64,000 nucleotides of DNA from Octopus vulgaris (GCA_951406725.2 OX597819.1:47802001-47866000), one strand, 5' to 3'. Shown: positions 39,201 through 54,094, counted from the stretch's first letter. Translations and numbers: made by a program. Notes: generated by a model from the sequence alone, not told the origin.

Positions 39201-40159
39201 TTAGTGGACAGAAACTGTTCAAAAGCCTATCAGAAGGGCATGTCTCCTCTACAAGGATGTCAAACTTAATCTGCCACTTGGTTTAACACCACCACCAAAT
39301 TCCAGATCACCTAGTGTATTGTACCTTAGTCTCTTTCTTTTGCACTACAGTGAAGTGATTTTTATTTTTCTTGTACCTAGTTGAAAAATTATCCTTTGTA
39401 TGTGTATGTATGTACAAGAAAAACATGTCTGAATTAACAGTTGCACATGTTGAATGAATATATATTGATATTCTGTTACTGTATTCATTGTTTGTCTCAT
39501 AGTTTACTCTCATTTGTATGTAGTAATCCTTGTTTGTCCATCACCTCAGTGATATTTTCGATATCAGTGATGCAACAAGAAGAATTTAGGGTCTTTGCAT
39601 TTTAAATGTGCTAAAACTGCAACTGAGTTTGGTCTCCATAGCTGATGAGTGAATTTCCTTGTTGATTTGTCCTCTGTATTTTTCCATTAATCACTTCCAT
39701 GTTCCATTTCGACTTTTCACTACTAGATTCATAATGCATACAGCAACAGCATCTTAGCATATTCATGTGTGCGCATGTGTGGCAGGGGTTAGGGGGGAGT
39801 ATTTGTGTCTCCCTATTTTGACAATGTGTGACAGCTACAAATGAGTGTCACTGTCACATAAGCGGTCTCATTCATTTCCACTACTTCTCAAGAAGATGTC
39901 TGGCTATGGGAAAATATTACCTTGCTTGGAAAAAGGCAAGAGTTGGCAACAGGAAGAGCATCTGGCTGTAGAAGATCTGCCCCACGCAAGCATGGAAAGG
40001 TGAACATTAAGATGATGATGATGATATATATGTGAGTGTGTTAAATCAAATTCTCAAAAAATATTGGCGTAGTAGACCTAGATATCAGACAGATGTAGTA
40101 CCAAACAACCTACCATTTCAATGACTTAGTCGAGACAATTCTTTGATGGGAATCACTAG

Positions 40160-40402
40160 TGTACTGGTGGTAATGACAATGATAACAGTGATGATGATAA
40201 TCATGGCAGTGGTGGAGGTGATGGTGGTGGTGCTACTACTGGAGTGATAATGAAGATGGTGGTAGTGTTGGTAGTGGGGGGGGGGTTGACAGTGGTGGTA
40301 ATGACAATTGTGGTGGTAGTGGTAGTGTGTTATTGGTAGTGGTGGTGGTGGTAATGATGGTGGTGTTGCTACTGGTGATAATGATAGCAGTGGTAGTTGT
40401 GG

Positions 40403-40432
<30 letters not shown>
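40160..40432. repeat. Degenerate (GGT)n/(GAT)n trinucleotide tract
   Basis: Direct reading; explains the S/P/H/T-rich ORF 40118..40651. Confidence 0.9.
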
Positions 40433-40433
<1 letters not shown>

Positions 40434-41987
40434 AAAGGAAAATTTATTTCAGTAGACAATGTATAATCCAGTTTCTTTAAGAGTAATTCCTGAGGGAATT
40501 TGCAATGTCTATTTAAAAAGAAATATAGATCATAAAAGAATAAGCTGATAATGAAATAATTACCCCCAGTGGAAGACGATATTGCAGAAAAACAATTTTC
40601 GAAAAAAACTAAGTAGAACAGTAGAGAAGTTAAAGAGTGAAAATGTAACATTAACTTTATATTTCCTTTTAATCAATAGAGTTTTTTTCTTATTACATAG
40701 TCTTTACTATTTTACTTGTTTCAGTCATTTGATTGTGGCTATGCTGGAGCACTGCCTTTAGTCGAGGAAATCGACCCCAGGACTTATTCTTTGTAAGCTT
40801 AGCACTTATTCTATCAGTGTATTTTTGCCAAACTGCTAAGTTACGGGGGCAAAAACACACCAGCATTGGTTGTCAAGAGATGTTGGGGGGGACAAACACA
40901 GACACACAAACACATATATATATACATATATACGACGGGCTTCTTTCAGTTTCCATCCACCAAATCCACTCACAAGGCTTCTGTAGGCCCAAGGCTATAG
41001 TCGAAGACACTTGCCCAAGGTGCCACGCAGTGAGACTGAACCCGGAACCATGTGGTTGGTAAGCAAGCTACGTACCACACAGCCACTCCTGTTGAGAAAG
41101 AAGTTGATTTTCTCAGCAGTAAAGTAGGGGTCAAATTAAGTCGACTCCAATTTAATACTAGAATATATCCAACTCCAACAGAATGAAATTATCAACTCCT
41201 AGACATAACTGTCTCAAGTCCCAGGACTCATAGGGCTGGTTGCCTAGTTTCCATGATATGTAAGTGAGATCACAACATAGCCACTGAATGGGATGCCAGT
41301 CTGTCACAGGAATTACTCTTTTAGAACTGAGTGGACTGGAACAACATGAAATGCAGTGGTTTGTTCAAGGACAAGATGCACCACTCAGTCCAAAAACTGA
41401 AATCACAATCTTGCAATCATGAGTGCAACACCCTAAAATTTTGACTCTAAAACAAATGTTCATAAACTCCCTAAACTGCACTGACACCAGTCATCATTAT
41501 TGTTTAATGTCTGCCTTCCATGCTGGCATGGGTTGGACAGTTTAACAGGAGCTGACCAGGCAGAAGACTGCACCAGACTTCTGTGTCTGTTGTGGCACAG
41601 TTTTTACAGCTGGATGCCCTTCCTGACACCAGCCATCCCACAGAGTGGACTGGGTTTTTTTTTTTTTACGTGGCACCAGCACAGGTGAGGTCAGTTTTGG
41701 CATGGTTTTAAAGCTGGATGCCATTCCAAACAACAACCACTTTACAATGTGGACTGGATGCTTTTTACGTCGCACCAGCACTGGTAGGGTCACCAAGTAA
41801 CTTGCAAGACAAAGAACCTTTGAAGAACGGGGGGGGGGGGCATTGGAGGAGGTGATCTTGTATCAGATGATGAAAGGTTGGAGTAATTTAGTAGCATGCC
41901 ACATCAGACACTAGGCTTTATAAATTATTAACTTTTTAAGTTCTAGGTATTATATAGGACTTCTAGTTGTCATGAAATATCTCATGA

Positions 41988-42320
41988 CTAGCAGTATAAC
42001 CCGGGCCTTGCCCGGGATTAAGTTACGATTATTAAGCTAATCAAGTTCTTTATTTCAAACCAAACTAAGTAATATAGATGTCAGATTTGGGCAAAATCCG
42101 TTGAAATTAGTTATATTATATATATATAATATAATATAAATATATATATGGGCAACAGACACGAACACACATACACACACGTACGTACACCTATTGCATG
42201 TTTTGTGCACGCATACATGTTCATAAACAGAAATGATTGGAAAATATGTTGTTAAATTTGTAGATTAACACTTGCACGATTTTCACACACGCACACACAA
42301 CATGCCTTTTATAGATATGA
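41988..42320 (-). mobile_element. Non-autonomous Helitron
   Basis: Minus strand A|TC ... CTAG|T with no TSD. Perfect hairpin CCCGGGC-AAG-GCCCGGG (42000-42016), 8 nt from the terminal CTAG. Confidence 0.8.
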
Positions 42321-42744
42321 TTTAGGCTTCAAGTAAAAAACTAATTATAAGCTCTGTGTACATCATCTAATGTTGGAGCAGCATTCTTCTGAATGACTTA
42401 GCTTCCAAATCATTGCTCTGTATTTGCTTGTGTATCTGATTATAATGCTCAATTTATCACTTTTCTACTGAAAGGTTGAAAAGTGACATTTTTTAAAAAA
42501 ATTAGTAATAGCTTCCTTTTATAAATGTAATAATAAAATGATAAAATTCTTATTGAATGAATAAATAGATAAGGAAACAGCACCATATAAAGTTCTACAG
42601 CTGCTTAAATTTGTAAATTGTACAGTAAAGCTTTAAAGATAATCTCCAATGTTTAACAAAAGAACAGTATAAGTTATGTTATTGACACAAAAAAAAAGAG
42701 ACATACAATAATGGACACTTGGTGCCCAAAGACAAACAAGGTTA

Positions 42745-43580
42745 TGAGGTGGTATCAAAAAGCTCTTGGACTAGTTCTGCAGTGCTCCAACAGATGGCAG
42801 CACATAGTTGCATGTGCAGTGAGAGCTAGCAGTGACCTTTATGAGGCAGTGTGCTGAGTGACATCATTGTGTGTACTTTGCAAGTTGTGAAATTTGTATT
42901 TTTGTGATCATGTGTATGTTGTAGTCTGCGATTCTGTCATGGAGAGGAAGTTGGAACAAAAATCCAACGTGAAATTTTGCGTTAAATTTGGGAAGTCCGC
43001 AACAGAGACATTGAGCATGCTTCGGCAAGCTTATGGTGATGAGGCAATGGGTCATATACAATGTTTCAAGTAGCACAGGTGCTTCAAAAGTGGAAGAATA
43101 CCCCTGGAAGACGATGAATGATCTGATAGACCTGCTACAAGCGTCACCCCTAAGAAATATGGAGAAAATTCATCAGCCTGTGCAATAGGATCGTCAGAAG
43201 ACAATCAACAACATTACTGATATTGTTGGTCTGTTGTATGGGTCCATGCAGGCAATCCTAACATCTGAACTGAACATGCGGCATGTCTCTGTCTAATTTG
43301 TATCTTGCCTGTGAGCAGAAAGAACACTGCATTGAAGTCTATCACGATCTCCATCAGCGCACCACTGATGACCCATCCTTCATGTCGAGGATCATCACCA
43401 GTGACAAGAGTTGGGTCTAGTGGTGCAGTCATCACAATGAAAGAGGCCTTCATCTCCATGACCAAATAAGGTATGACAGAACTGCAATTCTATCAAGAGT
43501 ATGATTGATACCACAAGGCCAGACTGTCGAACAAGAGTTCTACTGCAACATTTTGAAACATTTGAGGGAGGACATTCGGG
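42745..43580 (+). mobile_element. mariner-family remnant (5' part)
   Basis: From ATG 42939: MERKLEQKSNVKFCVKFGKSATETLSMLRQAYGDEAM...; later IITSDKSWV (degenerate ITGDETW). In-frame stops; ends just before pogo copy 2. Confidence 0.8.
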
Positions 43581-43611
43581 TGATGAACAGAGGATTAACT
43601 AAATTAAATTG

Positions 43612-45107
43612 CTGTAAGAACCCATGTAATTTGCACACCTGTGTAATTTACACAGGTGATTTTCAGGATAAAATTTGTTAAAAAAAGCTTCTACTCCTGT
43701 AAAATTCACACCCAAAAGTTTTCAGAATTGCCAAAATGGCTAGGGGAAAAAGGTTTTCAATTTAGCATAATTTCACTTACTTAGGATTAGATTTTATTAA
43801 ATTTTCATTGAATAAAAATAATTGCTGTTTAACAGGTATCACATTAAAAGCTATTGAATTACAAAGTGTTTGTGTTGTTTATAATAAACTTTATTTTACA
43901 TTTCTTGCCCACCAGAGATTATATCCGATCTTTAGCATACTGCTGTATGTCTTCTCAAATCCTGATCACAGGAAAAGTTGTTGATAAGAATTACCAACAA
44001 AAACAAAGCTGATGAATATGCACAAGTGTTGCAAATTAAGTTTAATTACCAATAAACATCAGCTTGGATGACACTTTATTCAACTGACAGAGGAAGTAGA
44101 CTGATCAAATTGATTATGTAATCAGAATTCTTTTCAGCCTATTCTTGTTGGAACCTTTGATATGGAGTACTGAAATTTTAATCCCTTTCACACTTGTAAA
44201 ATGTCAAGCAAACTTAAAAATTTGTCTTTACTGTTATTGTCAGCATGGGCAGAACTTATGAATCATTTACTGCGAAGGAGAAATTAAATATGTTGAATAT
44301 GCATTTGAACGTAGCAATAGAGTTGCCAGAAGGCATTTTAATGTTAATGAAGCCAACGTTTGAAATTGGTGTAAACAGTACGACAAACTTAAAACTGTGC
44401 CTAGTAATAAACAGACAAAAATAGAAACATACAATGAAGATTATCCATATCATTACATTTTTTCAGTCAGGAATATCCATATCACTATGTATGTCAATGG
44501 TGATCCATTGCAATTGGTAGAAACTCCAAACAATGTAAAATATGGCCCGCACCATGTTTACCATCATGAAGGTCAGACTTCAAAAAGTAGTTAACCATTT
44601 AATGGTTTTAGTAAATGTATACAGAAAAGTAAGCTTTATACCATCCAACATAAATAAAAGTCAACTTCATTATATTTAACCCTTTTGTTATCAACCCAGC
44701 CATAACCGGCTCTGGCTCTGTAGTACAAATATCTTGTTTTCGTAAGTTCTGAATTAAAATCTTCTGCTAAACCTTAGTCACAATTTATGTTCCTAACACT
44801 AGCTGAATGATAACTAAGTTATTTCACTAAATTCTTTGTTATATTTAAAATTAATTGAAAGAAACACAGAGCATCTCAAAATAAATACAGTAACGAAAGG
44901 GTTAAGCCATTATTTGTTGTGTAAAAACCTATTCTGACATTAAATGAGTCAACTTCTGGTGCAAATGTTTACATTTTGTATGTCTTTTTTCAACAAAAAA
45001 AAATTTCAAAAATAATTCTGGAAATGATCTCATGTAATTTATGCACCCACTAAAGTTTATTTTTATTTTTGCAAAAAAAAGCGTATAAATTACATGGGTT
45101 TTTATGG
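43612..45107 (+). mobile_element. pogo-like element, copy 2, with disrupted ORF and nested piggyBac-like MITE
   Basis: Collinear with 27523-28845 over several hundred bp, with the same TIR (…TTACATGGGTTTTTATGG|TA). MITE at 44680-44901. Confidence 0.85.
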
Positions 45108-45922
45108 TATGTTATCAAAGCAACCTAATCAATATTGGGGAGGGTGCTCTGAAAGCATAGTAACCAATATAAGAACAGGGTAAGAGGGGTTCAAGGAGTT
45201 ACTACCTCTGCTGGAAACAAGGAGGTTCTCTCTTCAAGCAAAGGATAGGTTATTTGTTGCTTATGTACAAAATGCAACACTGCATGATAATGAGAAACGG
45301 GTATTAATGAAGAGGATGTGTGAAAAAACATGGCTAGTTATGTGGAAATATTACCTTGATGGAAACAGGTGAGGGTTGATGACAGGAAGGGCATCTGACT
45401 CTAGAAAATTAGCTTCAATAAACTCTGTCCAACCCATGCAAGCATGGAAAAGTGGACAGTAAAATGATGATGATGATAGTTTTCATCATCATCACCATTG
45501 TTTAACATCCACCTTCCATGTTGGTATGGGTGATATATCTCAAGTAGTGAGGATCTCAACAATCTTGGCAACAATCTCTATCAACCAATCAAAACAGACA
45601 GGCAACACAATATTAGTTAGTTAAATTATATTAAGTATTCCATAAATCCTATGTATACAGCAACAAATGCTACACATTTAATACAGTGTAAAATACAAAA
45701 AAAATATAACCAATGTTGTTAAAATTATGATATAGAGATCAATTTTGCCTGTCAATTGTTCAAAATACCTGATGAAATGGTCTGGTTATGTAATCTTGTA
45801 ATACATTAATGAACAAATAAATAACAATGCTATGGAAAAGTGCTTAGCATAATTTGAACATCACTCTATTCACATATCTTATTATATTGTGTGTGTGTCT
45901 TTCTCTTTCTTCATATATATAT

Positions 45923-47012
45923 CCAGCCCAGCCAAAGTCAGCAGTGGTGTCCCACAAGGCACTGTGTTGGGCCCACTTCTTTTCATCATCTACATAAATG
46001 ATATTACTGACACCATCAAACACAGTAACATCAGAACCTTCGCTGATGATTCCAAGCTCCAGAAGGTCATCAATGGCATGGATGACCAAATAAGCCTTCA
46101 GTCAGACCTACTGGCTGTTGTCCAATGGGCAGAAAAGAATAACATGTTGCTAAACGAAGACAAATTTGAACTGATCCACTTTGGAAGGGAGGACGCTCTG
46201 AAACTCTCATACTCCCTTCCTTCTGGAGAAATTCTCATGGCATCCAACAACATCAGAGACTTGGGAGTAACAGTGGACAACAACATAAGCTGGGCTACAC
46301 ATATAAGCAGCAAAGTTGACATGGCCTGCAGAATGTGTTCCTGGATTCTCAGAACCTTCCAGTCGAGAGATTCCCACACTATTATCCTTCTCTTCTCCAC
46401 TTTTGCCCGACCCCACCTTGAATACTGCTGTCCACTGTGGTCTCCCTACACAAAACAAAATATTATGAGAATTGAAGCCCCCAAAGGTCAATCACAAAAA
46501 AGATAGATGGCATGTCAGACCTTGACTACTGGGGTAGACTAGAGAAGCTGAAACTGTATTCACTCCAACGACGCCGTGAACGCTACATTATCTGTATGAT
46601 GTGGAAAATATTCCATCAGCACTGTCCAAATGATGTTGGCATCACCTTCAAAATACATCCAAGGCTTGGACCACGTGCCATCCGTCCACAACAAAAATCT
46701 AAATCGCATCACATAACAACAATACGGCACAACTATTTCACCTCAATTGGACCCGCTCTCTTCAACATTTCACCAGGACACGTCAAAAAAGAAACTGACC
46801 ACACAAAATTCAAAAAGTCTTTGGGCAAATTCCTTCAAACAGTCCCGGACAAACCACCCACACCCGGATATGTCTCCGCAAACAATAACTCTCTGCTCGA
46901 ACGGGCCTTGGTGCCCAAATCCTGAATTGAAAGACTTCGCCAGGTGGTGCTATTAAGTTAGACATGGCCTGGGCCAATACTGGCCAAAACCTTTCTAAGT
47001 TATTCTAAGTTA
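45923..47012 (+). mobile_element. 5'-truncated CR1/L2-group LINE (reverse transcriptase C-terminal part)
   Basis: ORFs 45889..46506 (SGVPQGTVLGPLLFIIYIND, TFADD, RDLGV, RPHLEYC) and 46512..46925 (LYSLQRRRER). One frameshift near 46480. Short 3' UTR ending CTAAGTTATTCTAAGTT; (TA)n on both sides. Confidence 0.92.
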
Positions 47013-47770
47013 TATATATATAACCTGCTATTTCTCCAGTCATTATTTAGAATTTTGCATTTCATGATGGTTGATGAATCATGAAACGCTGAATAGCAGT
47101 TTGGGAAATTTCAGCTCTGATTAAACATCTCACTCTACTGAACAGTATTGAGTACTTTTTTTCATTTAATTATATAGGGAACAACTTTTCTTTTATACAT
47201 GGTTAGTTGGCATGCTAGAAACAGCAGACAAATCTCTCCCAATTCACACTCTACTAACCTAAGTAAAGGCCACATTAGATAATGTAGTATGGTATGACTG
47301 ACACGACTGGAATGCCTTTGATAACAGGTTCCCTAAATCAGACTAAAAGAGAGTCTGAACAACAATTCTTTGCCGAGTTTGAAAATGAACTGATGGAGAA
47401 TTTTAAATGTTCAAGGAGACTGACATTAGAGAATCTACCCAGATAAAAATGTGTGTATGTGTATATGCATTGTGCTGCACATGTACATTGTATGTGCGCA
47501 TGCATGTATGAGTGTAATTGCAAATGCATTTATGGAAAAACTGACTGCCTTGCCATTTTAGATGTTTGCATCCTCTTTGGTAAAGAGGGCACGGGAATGT
47601 CTAGCAAAGTTTCCCACATCTCAAACATATATCTCTAACATAAGATTACAAAGAATCGTGAACAAAGAATCAAGTTTCCAAGGTTACAAAAAAGAATGTC
47701 ACAAATGAAAAGATAGATTTGGGTGCAATAAGAACCCTATTTAACTTCTTTATTATTATTATTATTGTTA

Positions 47771-47810
<40 letters not shown>

Positions 47811-47813
<3 letters not shown>

Positions 47814-48985
47814 GGTGGCGAGCTGGCAGAGTTGTTAGCACATTGGGAAAAATGCTTAGCGGTATTTTGTCTGTCGCTATGTTCTGAGTTCAAATTTAAC
47901 TGAGGTCGACTTTGCCTTTTATCCTTTTGGAGTCGATAAAATAAGTACCAGTTTAACACTGGGGTCAATGTAATCAACTACCCCCTCCCCCAAATTTCAG
48001 GCCTTGTGCCTATAGTATAAAGGATTATTATCATTATTATTATTACTATTATTATTACTATTACTATTATTATTATTATTATCATTGTTATTAAGGTGGC
48101 GAGCTGGCAGAGTTGTTAGCACATTGGGAAAAATGCTTAGTGGCATTTTATCTGTCACTATGTTCTGAGTTCAAATTTCACTGAGGTCGACTTTGCCTTT
48201 CATCCTTTCAGAGTCGATAAATTAAGTACCAGTGAAACACTGGAGTCAATGTAATCGACTATCCCCCTCCCCCAAATTTCAGGCCTTGTGCCTATAGTAT
48301 AAATGATTATTATTATCATTATTATTAAGGTGGCAAGCTGGCAGAGTTGCTAGCATATTGGGCAAAATGCTTAGAGGTATTTTGTCTGTTGCTATTTTCT
48401 GAGTTCAAATTTCACTGAGGTCGACTTTGCCTTTCAGCCTTTTAGAGTCAATGAAATAAGTACCAGTTAAGCACTGGGGTTGATGAAATTGATTAGTCCC
48501 CCTCCCCCCAAAAAATTTCAGACCTTATGCCTTCAGAATAAAAGATTATTATCATTATTATTATGTAATAAAGTGGTGAGCTGGCAGAATCATTAACACA
48601 TTGGACAAAATGCTTAGTGGTGTTTTGCCCGTCGCTATATTCTGAGCTCAAATCCCACTATGGTCAACTTTTCCTTTCATCCTTTCAGGGACAATAAAGT
48701 AAGTACCAGTGAAACACTGGGGTTGATGTAATCAACTATCTCCCTTCCCCAAATTTCAGGGCTTGTGCCTAAAGTAGAAAGGATTATTATTATTCTAAGG
48801 TGATAAGCTGGGCAAAATACTTAGCATTTCATCTGTCTTTACGTTCTGGGTTCAAATTCCACTGAGATCAACTTCGCCGTTCATCCTTTTGGGGCCAATG
48901 AAATAAGTACAAATTAAACACTACGATTGATTTAAGTGATTTAGCCCCTCCCCTGAAATTGCTGGTCTTTGTAACATACTAATAT
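47811..48985 (+). repeat. Tandem array of five family-2 SINE copies separated by (ATT)n
   Basis: Heads at ~47811, 48092, 48326, 48569 and 48796; (ATT)n tract at 47750-47810 and between units. Confidence 0.92.
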
Positions 48986-51900
48986 TGGCTTCATTAATAC
49001 TCCTTATCCTAATCAAAACAAATTATTACACGTCCTACTTAGGTAGTGGATCTGGGATAATATATTGTACAGTGTTATTGTTTTAACACCTATTTTTCCA
49101 TGCTTGTTTGGGTTAGATGGAATTTGATGAAGCACAATTTTCCAGCTGGATGCCCTTCCTGCCACTAACCCACATTGGTTTCCAAACAAGGTAATATGTC
49201 CTCACGACTAAGTTTTTTTTCACAGGAGACTGGAAAGAAACAACATTGCTTATATGAAGTTGATGCTGGTCCACAACCATTATGCGATGTCAAGATCAAC
49301 ACATACATAAATGTATACAATGGATTTCTTTCAGTTTCCATCTTCCAATTCTGCTTGCAAGGATTTGGTCAGTGCAGAGCTATAGAAGAAGACACTTTCC
49401 CAAGATGCTGCACAGCCCTGGGACTGAACCTGAGATTATATGTTTGGGAAGCGAGCTTATTAACTACACAGCCACACCTGTTACATGTTATCTATTTCAG
49501 ATGTGAGTGTAAATAGGCAGTAAATTAACTTGTACTGTGCTGCTATTGATATTGAAGTTGCAGTAATAAGACTCAAGGCATATTGGATGAAATGAATGAC
49601 AGGGCCATTGAATAAATCTTAAAAGCAAACATCACAGTGGCTCCTCAAACTAAGGAATCAGTCAACATAGAAAGTGGTAAGCACTGGGTAGATCTTTCAA
49701 GCATTATAGAGCTTTCAGTAACAGCAACTACAACAACAATCTTGAGCCAATTAGAGAGTCTTTATATGGTCATTTGGCCTGACAGAAACAACAGGCAAAT
49801 CTCTCTCAAATTATATCTTAGCATTTTGAAGTATGTATTAGATATTGTAATCTGAGATAAACAATGGCTGAAAAACTAGTATCCATTTTATCATAGATGT
49901 GCTTGATCAGGCCTGACCAGAGTTTAAACAACAACAACAAAAATTCCACGTGCAACTGGGATCAGAGAGCCATTAGATCCATCAACCAGATAAGAAATGA
50001 CAAAACACTCAATAAAAAGATCAAAATGCATTTGTTAAAAATATTCACATTATCTATCTTATTATTTTCAACAAAAAAGCTGAAATCTTAACAGGTCTAT
50101 TACAAAATATATTTTATACACTATCATTTGTCTTAAAGGTTCTGTAGAACCTTTAAGATAAATGATTGTATACAAACAGTTCTTAAGAGTTAAATGTTGC
50201 GGCAGAAGTCCATCAGTTCCATTCTGTGAAAAGCTATGGCATAAATAATAGATTGATCAACATCACTGAGGAGATAAAGTCTCGATTCTTTAGTCATGTA
50301 ACCCAAACTAGGAAGCTAGTTATCTTGATTCCACATGATAAAGGTTTGAAAGCAAGAAGGGAGCAGAACAGACTACAAAGAAAGCAGGATATATTATAAA
50401 AGGAACAGATATTTCTTTAGGCCAAGGAAACAACTTAGCACTGGCCAGAAGCATATGTTGTACAATTGGATGGAGTGTGATTTCTGATCTACAGACATGG
50501 GCAATGGAACTGGACATGAACAATTCAATATGTCACATTTCTGAGTCCCAATACTACAAGAGTCAGCTTTATCATTTGTCCTCTTGAAATCAATAAAAAT
50601 AATTACCTGTAATATATTATAATAGAATCAACCACTTATATTCCCGTTGATTAATAACCAGAGTCAATAAAAAAGCCTCTATGTCATTCATTTAATCTTA
50701 GATATAGCAACCAAATCACATCCCCAGCCATCTTAAATTAAAAAAATTATAAATCCACTGGACAATGTAGTCTCTTCTTCTAATTAAACTATAATTTTAT
50801 TTCTTTGAAAAGTTGGAAATGGTGGCTGTAAAAGGTCAGAAGTTGTCAGGGTCCATTATGTAGCATAGTTCCAAACATCAGGATGGGTCCTTGCAGAGAA
50901 AGAAATACTGAAGAATTTGGAGAGGATAGGGGCTAGTCTAGAAGAGACCATTTGAAAGTAACAGAAGATACATTGCTAGGGTTGGGGGCCTTGTTGGTTT
51001 GAGTATAGATGCTTTCATATTTGACATGTATGTGTACAAGTTGATGAGACTGGTAGAGCAGAAAAGAAAAAGTTTGGCAGAGTTTTGCAAAGTGTATACA
51101 TTATGGAGTAGAAAACAAAAGTGGAAGCATTCTCTGTGAGGAAATGTTAATAACCTGTAGGGACACCATTTCTTCATTATGCAACCATAATATACTACAA
51201 AGTATGCGGTATTCTACAGAAAAGTCTGTAGAGATAACATTAACAAGTCTGTTAGGAAAATTTCTGACACTATCTTGGTTGAGGTGTAATGGATAGGAGT
51301 ACTCTGCAACACACTTTTTAATTACGTATCAGTTATTATTCACATTATAATACATGCTAATGTGTGTCACAATGTATTAATGACATCAACCTAAAACTAG
51401 TGTGCATGAATGTCTCTCTCCCATACGATTTTTAGGTGAAATTATGATATTGACGTCTCTTACAAAGAACATTAACAATATGAGAATAGAAGTAGTTCAA
51501 ACTAGAAGTCACAACTGGGTCACATCTGCAATGCAGCTGTCAATGTTCTCAGAAAGAAAACACACCATTATCATCCCATGCAATATGGCGTGAGTGACAT
51601 TTGTATGTAAGGGAGATAAATCTTTCAGAAGCTTTTTTTTTAATAAAACTAATCTAATATTTGGTCTTAAGAAATTAGATCCTATACGGGTCTTTTCATC
51701 AGCTTGAGACGAGGATCGAACCGACCAGTTTTATTACTTAAAAACTCAATCATACTCACATCATTTCCATGATGCCAAGAAACAGTAGTGAAAACTACAT
51801 ATTGTTACCTACTCTAGGCACAGGCCCCGAAATTTTGGAGAAGGGAGCCAGTCAATTAGATGGACCCCAGTACGCAACTGGTACTTAATTTATCGACCCT

Positions 51901-54094
51901 GAAAAGATGAAAGGCAAAGTCGACCTCAGCAGAATTTGAACTCAGAATGTAAAGACAGACCAAATACCGCTAAGCATTTCGCCCAGTGTGCTAACGTTTC
52001 TGCCAGCTCGCCGCCTTTGAAAGACTACATATTAAAACATATACAACATGTATGGGCAACCTGCGGTCCTCAACATGTTGTTGTGTGACCCTCGATGAGT
52101 TCCTAAGTTACTAATTTCATACTAAGACAAATAAAATTAGAAGAACTGCAAAAGATTCAGTGTAAAGTGGGCAAGTAATATTTCATGCATGTGTTTTATC
52201 ATGTGGCCCTCTCCCACTTGGAAATGGTACGATGCGGCTTCCAGTTGAGAAAAAGTTGCCCCTGCCTGAAGATATAATATGCCCAGATATAACTCATCAA
52301 TACTTTTTGATAAGTTTATAAAATGATATTCATGATGAGTTGTAAAACAGCAACAAAACTGATTGGCTTGATTCTCATTTGAAGCTACCAAAAAGGCCTT
52401 CATGAACTGAATAAATACATATAGATTTGATTCTTTATTTTTAATTAATTCTTAACATATGTAGTAGTAGTAGTAGTATAGAAATTAAACAAAATGTCAT
52501 AATTCTAAATACGGAAAATTAAATTTATTACATTTTATCTTTTTTCTATAGCTTCCACATGCTTCAGCATTTTTCCTACAGCAATGGAAACAAAGCACAA
52601 ATAAAACAGACCAAACCCAGAGGAAAAGAAAATATTGACATTTTAGAAGGAAAACTAATTTAGGCACAAGCATGGCAGTGGGGTTATCAAGCTTTCTTAC
52701 CAACCATGTGGTCTCGGGTTCAGTCCCACTGTGTGGAACTTTGGGCTACTGCTTTCAACTGTAGCCTCAGTCTGATCAAAGCCTAGTGAGTGGATTTGGC
52801 AGACAAAACCAAAAAGAAGCCCATCAAATATATTATATATATATATATATATATACCTATTTCTTTATTACCCACAAGGGGCTAAACATAGAGGGGACAA
52901 ACAAGGACAGACACAGGTATTAAGTCAATTACATCGACCCCAGTGCATAACTGGTACTTAATTTATCGACCCCGAAAGGATGAAAGGCAAAGTCGACCTC
53001 GGCGGAATTTAAACTCAGAACGTAAAGACAGACGAAATACCGCTAAGCATTTCGCCTGGCATGCTTACATTTCTGCCAGCTCACCACCTTATATATATAT
53101 ATATACCAGCATCATCTAACGTCTATGCTGGCATGGATTGGATTGTTTGACAGGAGCTGTCAGAAAACTGTGCCAAACACTACTCTGCTTTGGCATGGTT
53201 TATATGGCTGGTTGCCCTTCTTAATGCTAACCACTTTCTGGAGTGCACTGGATACTTTTTAAATAGTGTCAGCCACAGTGAGGTCACCAAACAACTTGTG
53301 TGTCTGTGTGTGAAAGAGAGAGAAAATGTTTGTGTGCACATTTTTCTGACATGTAATGGTCGTACAAGCAATGTTGCTCATTTCCTGTCTTCCTTGGCAA
53401 AATATTACTCTGCTTGCAAACAAGTGACAATTGGCAACAGGAAAGGTATCCAGTTGTAGAAAATCTGCTTCTAAATTCCCTCTGACCCATATAGACATGA
53501 AAAAGTGGACATCAAACGTTAATGATGATAAAAGACAAGTGAAATAGCCATCATTATTTATACCATATTTAAGGCGGCAAGCTAGCAGAATCATTAGCAC
53601 GCAGAGCGAAATGCTTAGCAGTATTTTGCCCATCGCTACATTCTGAGTTCAAATTCTGCCAAGGTTGACTTTGCCTTTCATCCTTTCAGAGTCAATAAAA
53701 TAAGTACCAGTTGAACACTGGGGTTGATGTAGTTGATTCATTCCCTCCCCCAAAATTGCTGCCCTTGAGGCAAAATTTGAAACCATTATTTATACCATAT
53801 TTGTACTAGGTATACGTGTTTATACTAATGCTTTAAAGTATTAGCTACTAGATACATTAATACATTGCTGACACAACACAGGTAGCAAGCTTGCAGAATT
53901 GTTAACTTGCCGGTATTTTGTCTGTCACTACGTTCTGAGTTCAAATTCCACCAAGGTCAACTTTGCCTTTCATTCTTTCAGGGTTCATTAAATAACTACC
54001 AGTTGAGTACTGGGGTTGATATAATTGACTTAATCCCCTCCCCCAAATTTCAGGCCTTGTGCCTACAGCAGAAAGGATTACTGACACTCCTTCA

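Noticed and set aside
40118-40651. 177-aa Ser/Pro/His-rich ORF
   Set aside because: Arises from a GGT/GAT trinucleotide tract; no domain or splice support.
40733-41062. Recurrent ORFs ending ...VYQIHSQGFG..AIVEDTCPRCHAVGLNPEPCGW
   Set aside because: Antisense translation of family-1 SINE copies, not a peptide gene family.
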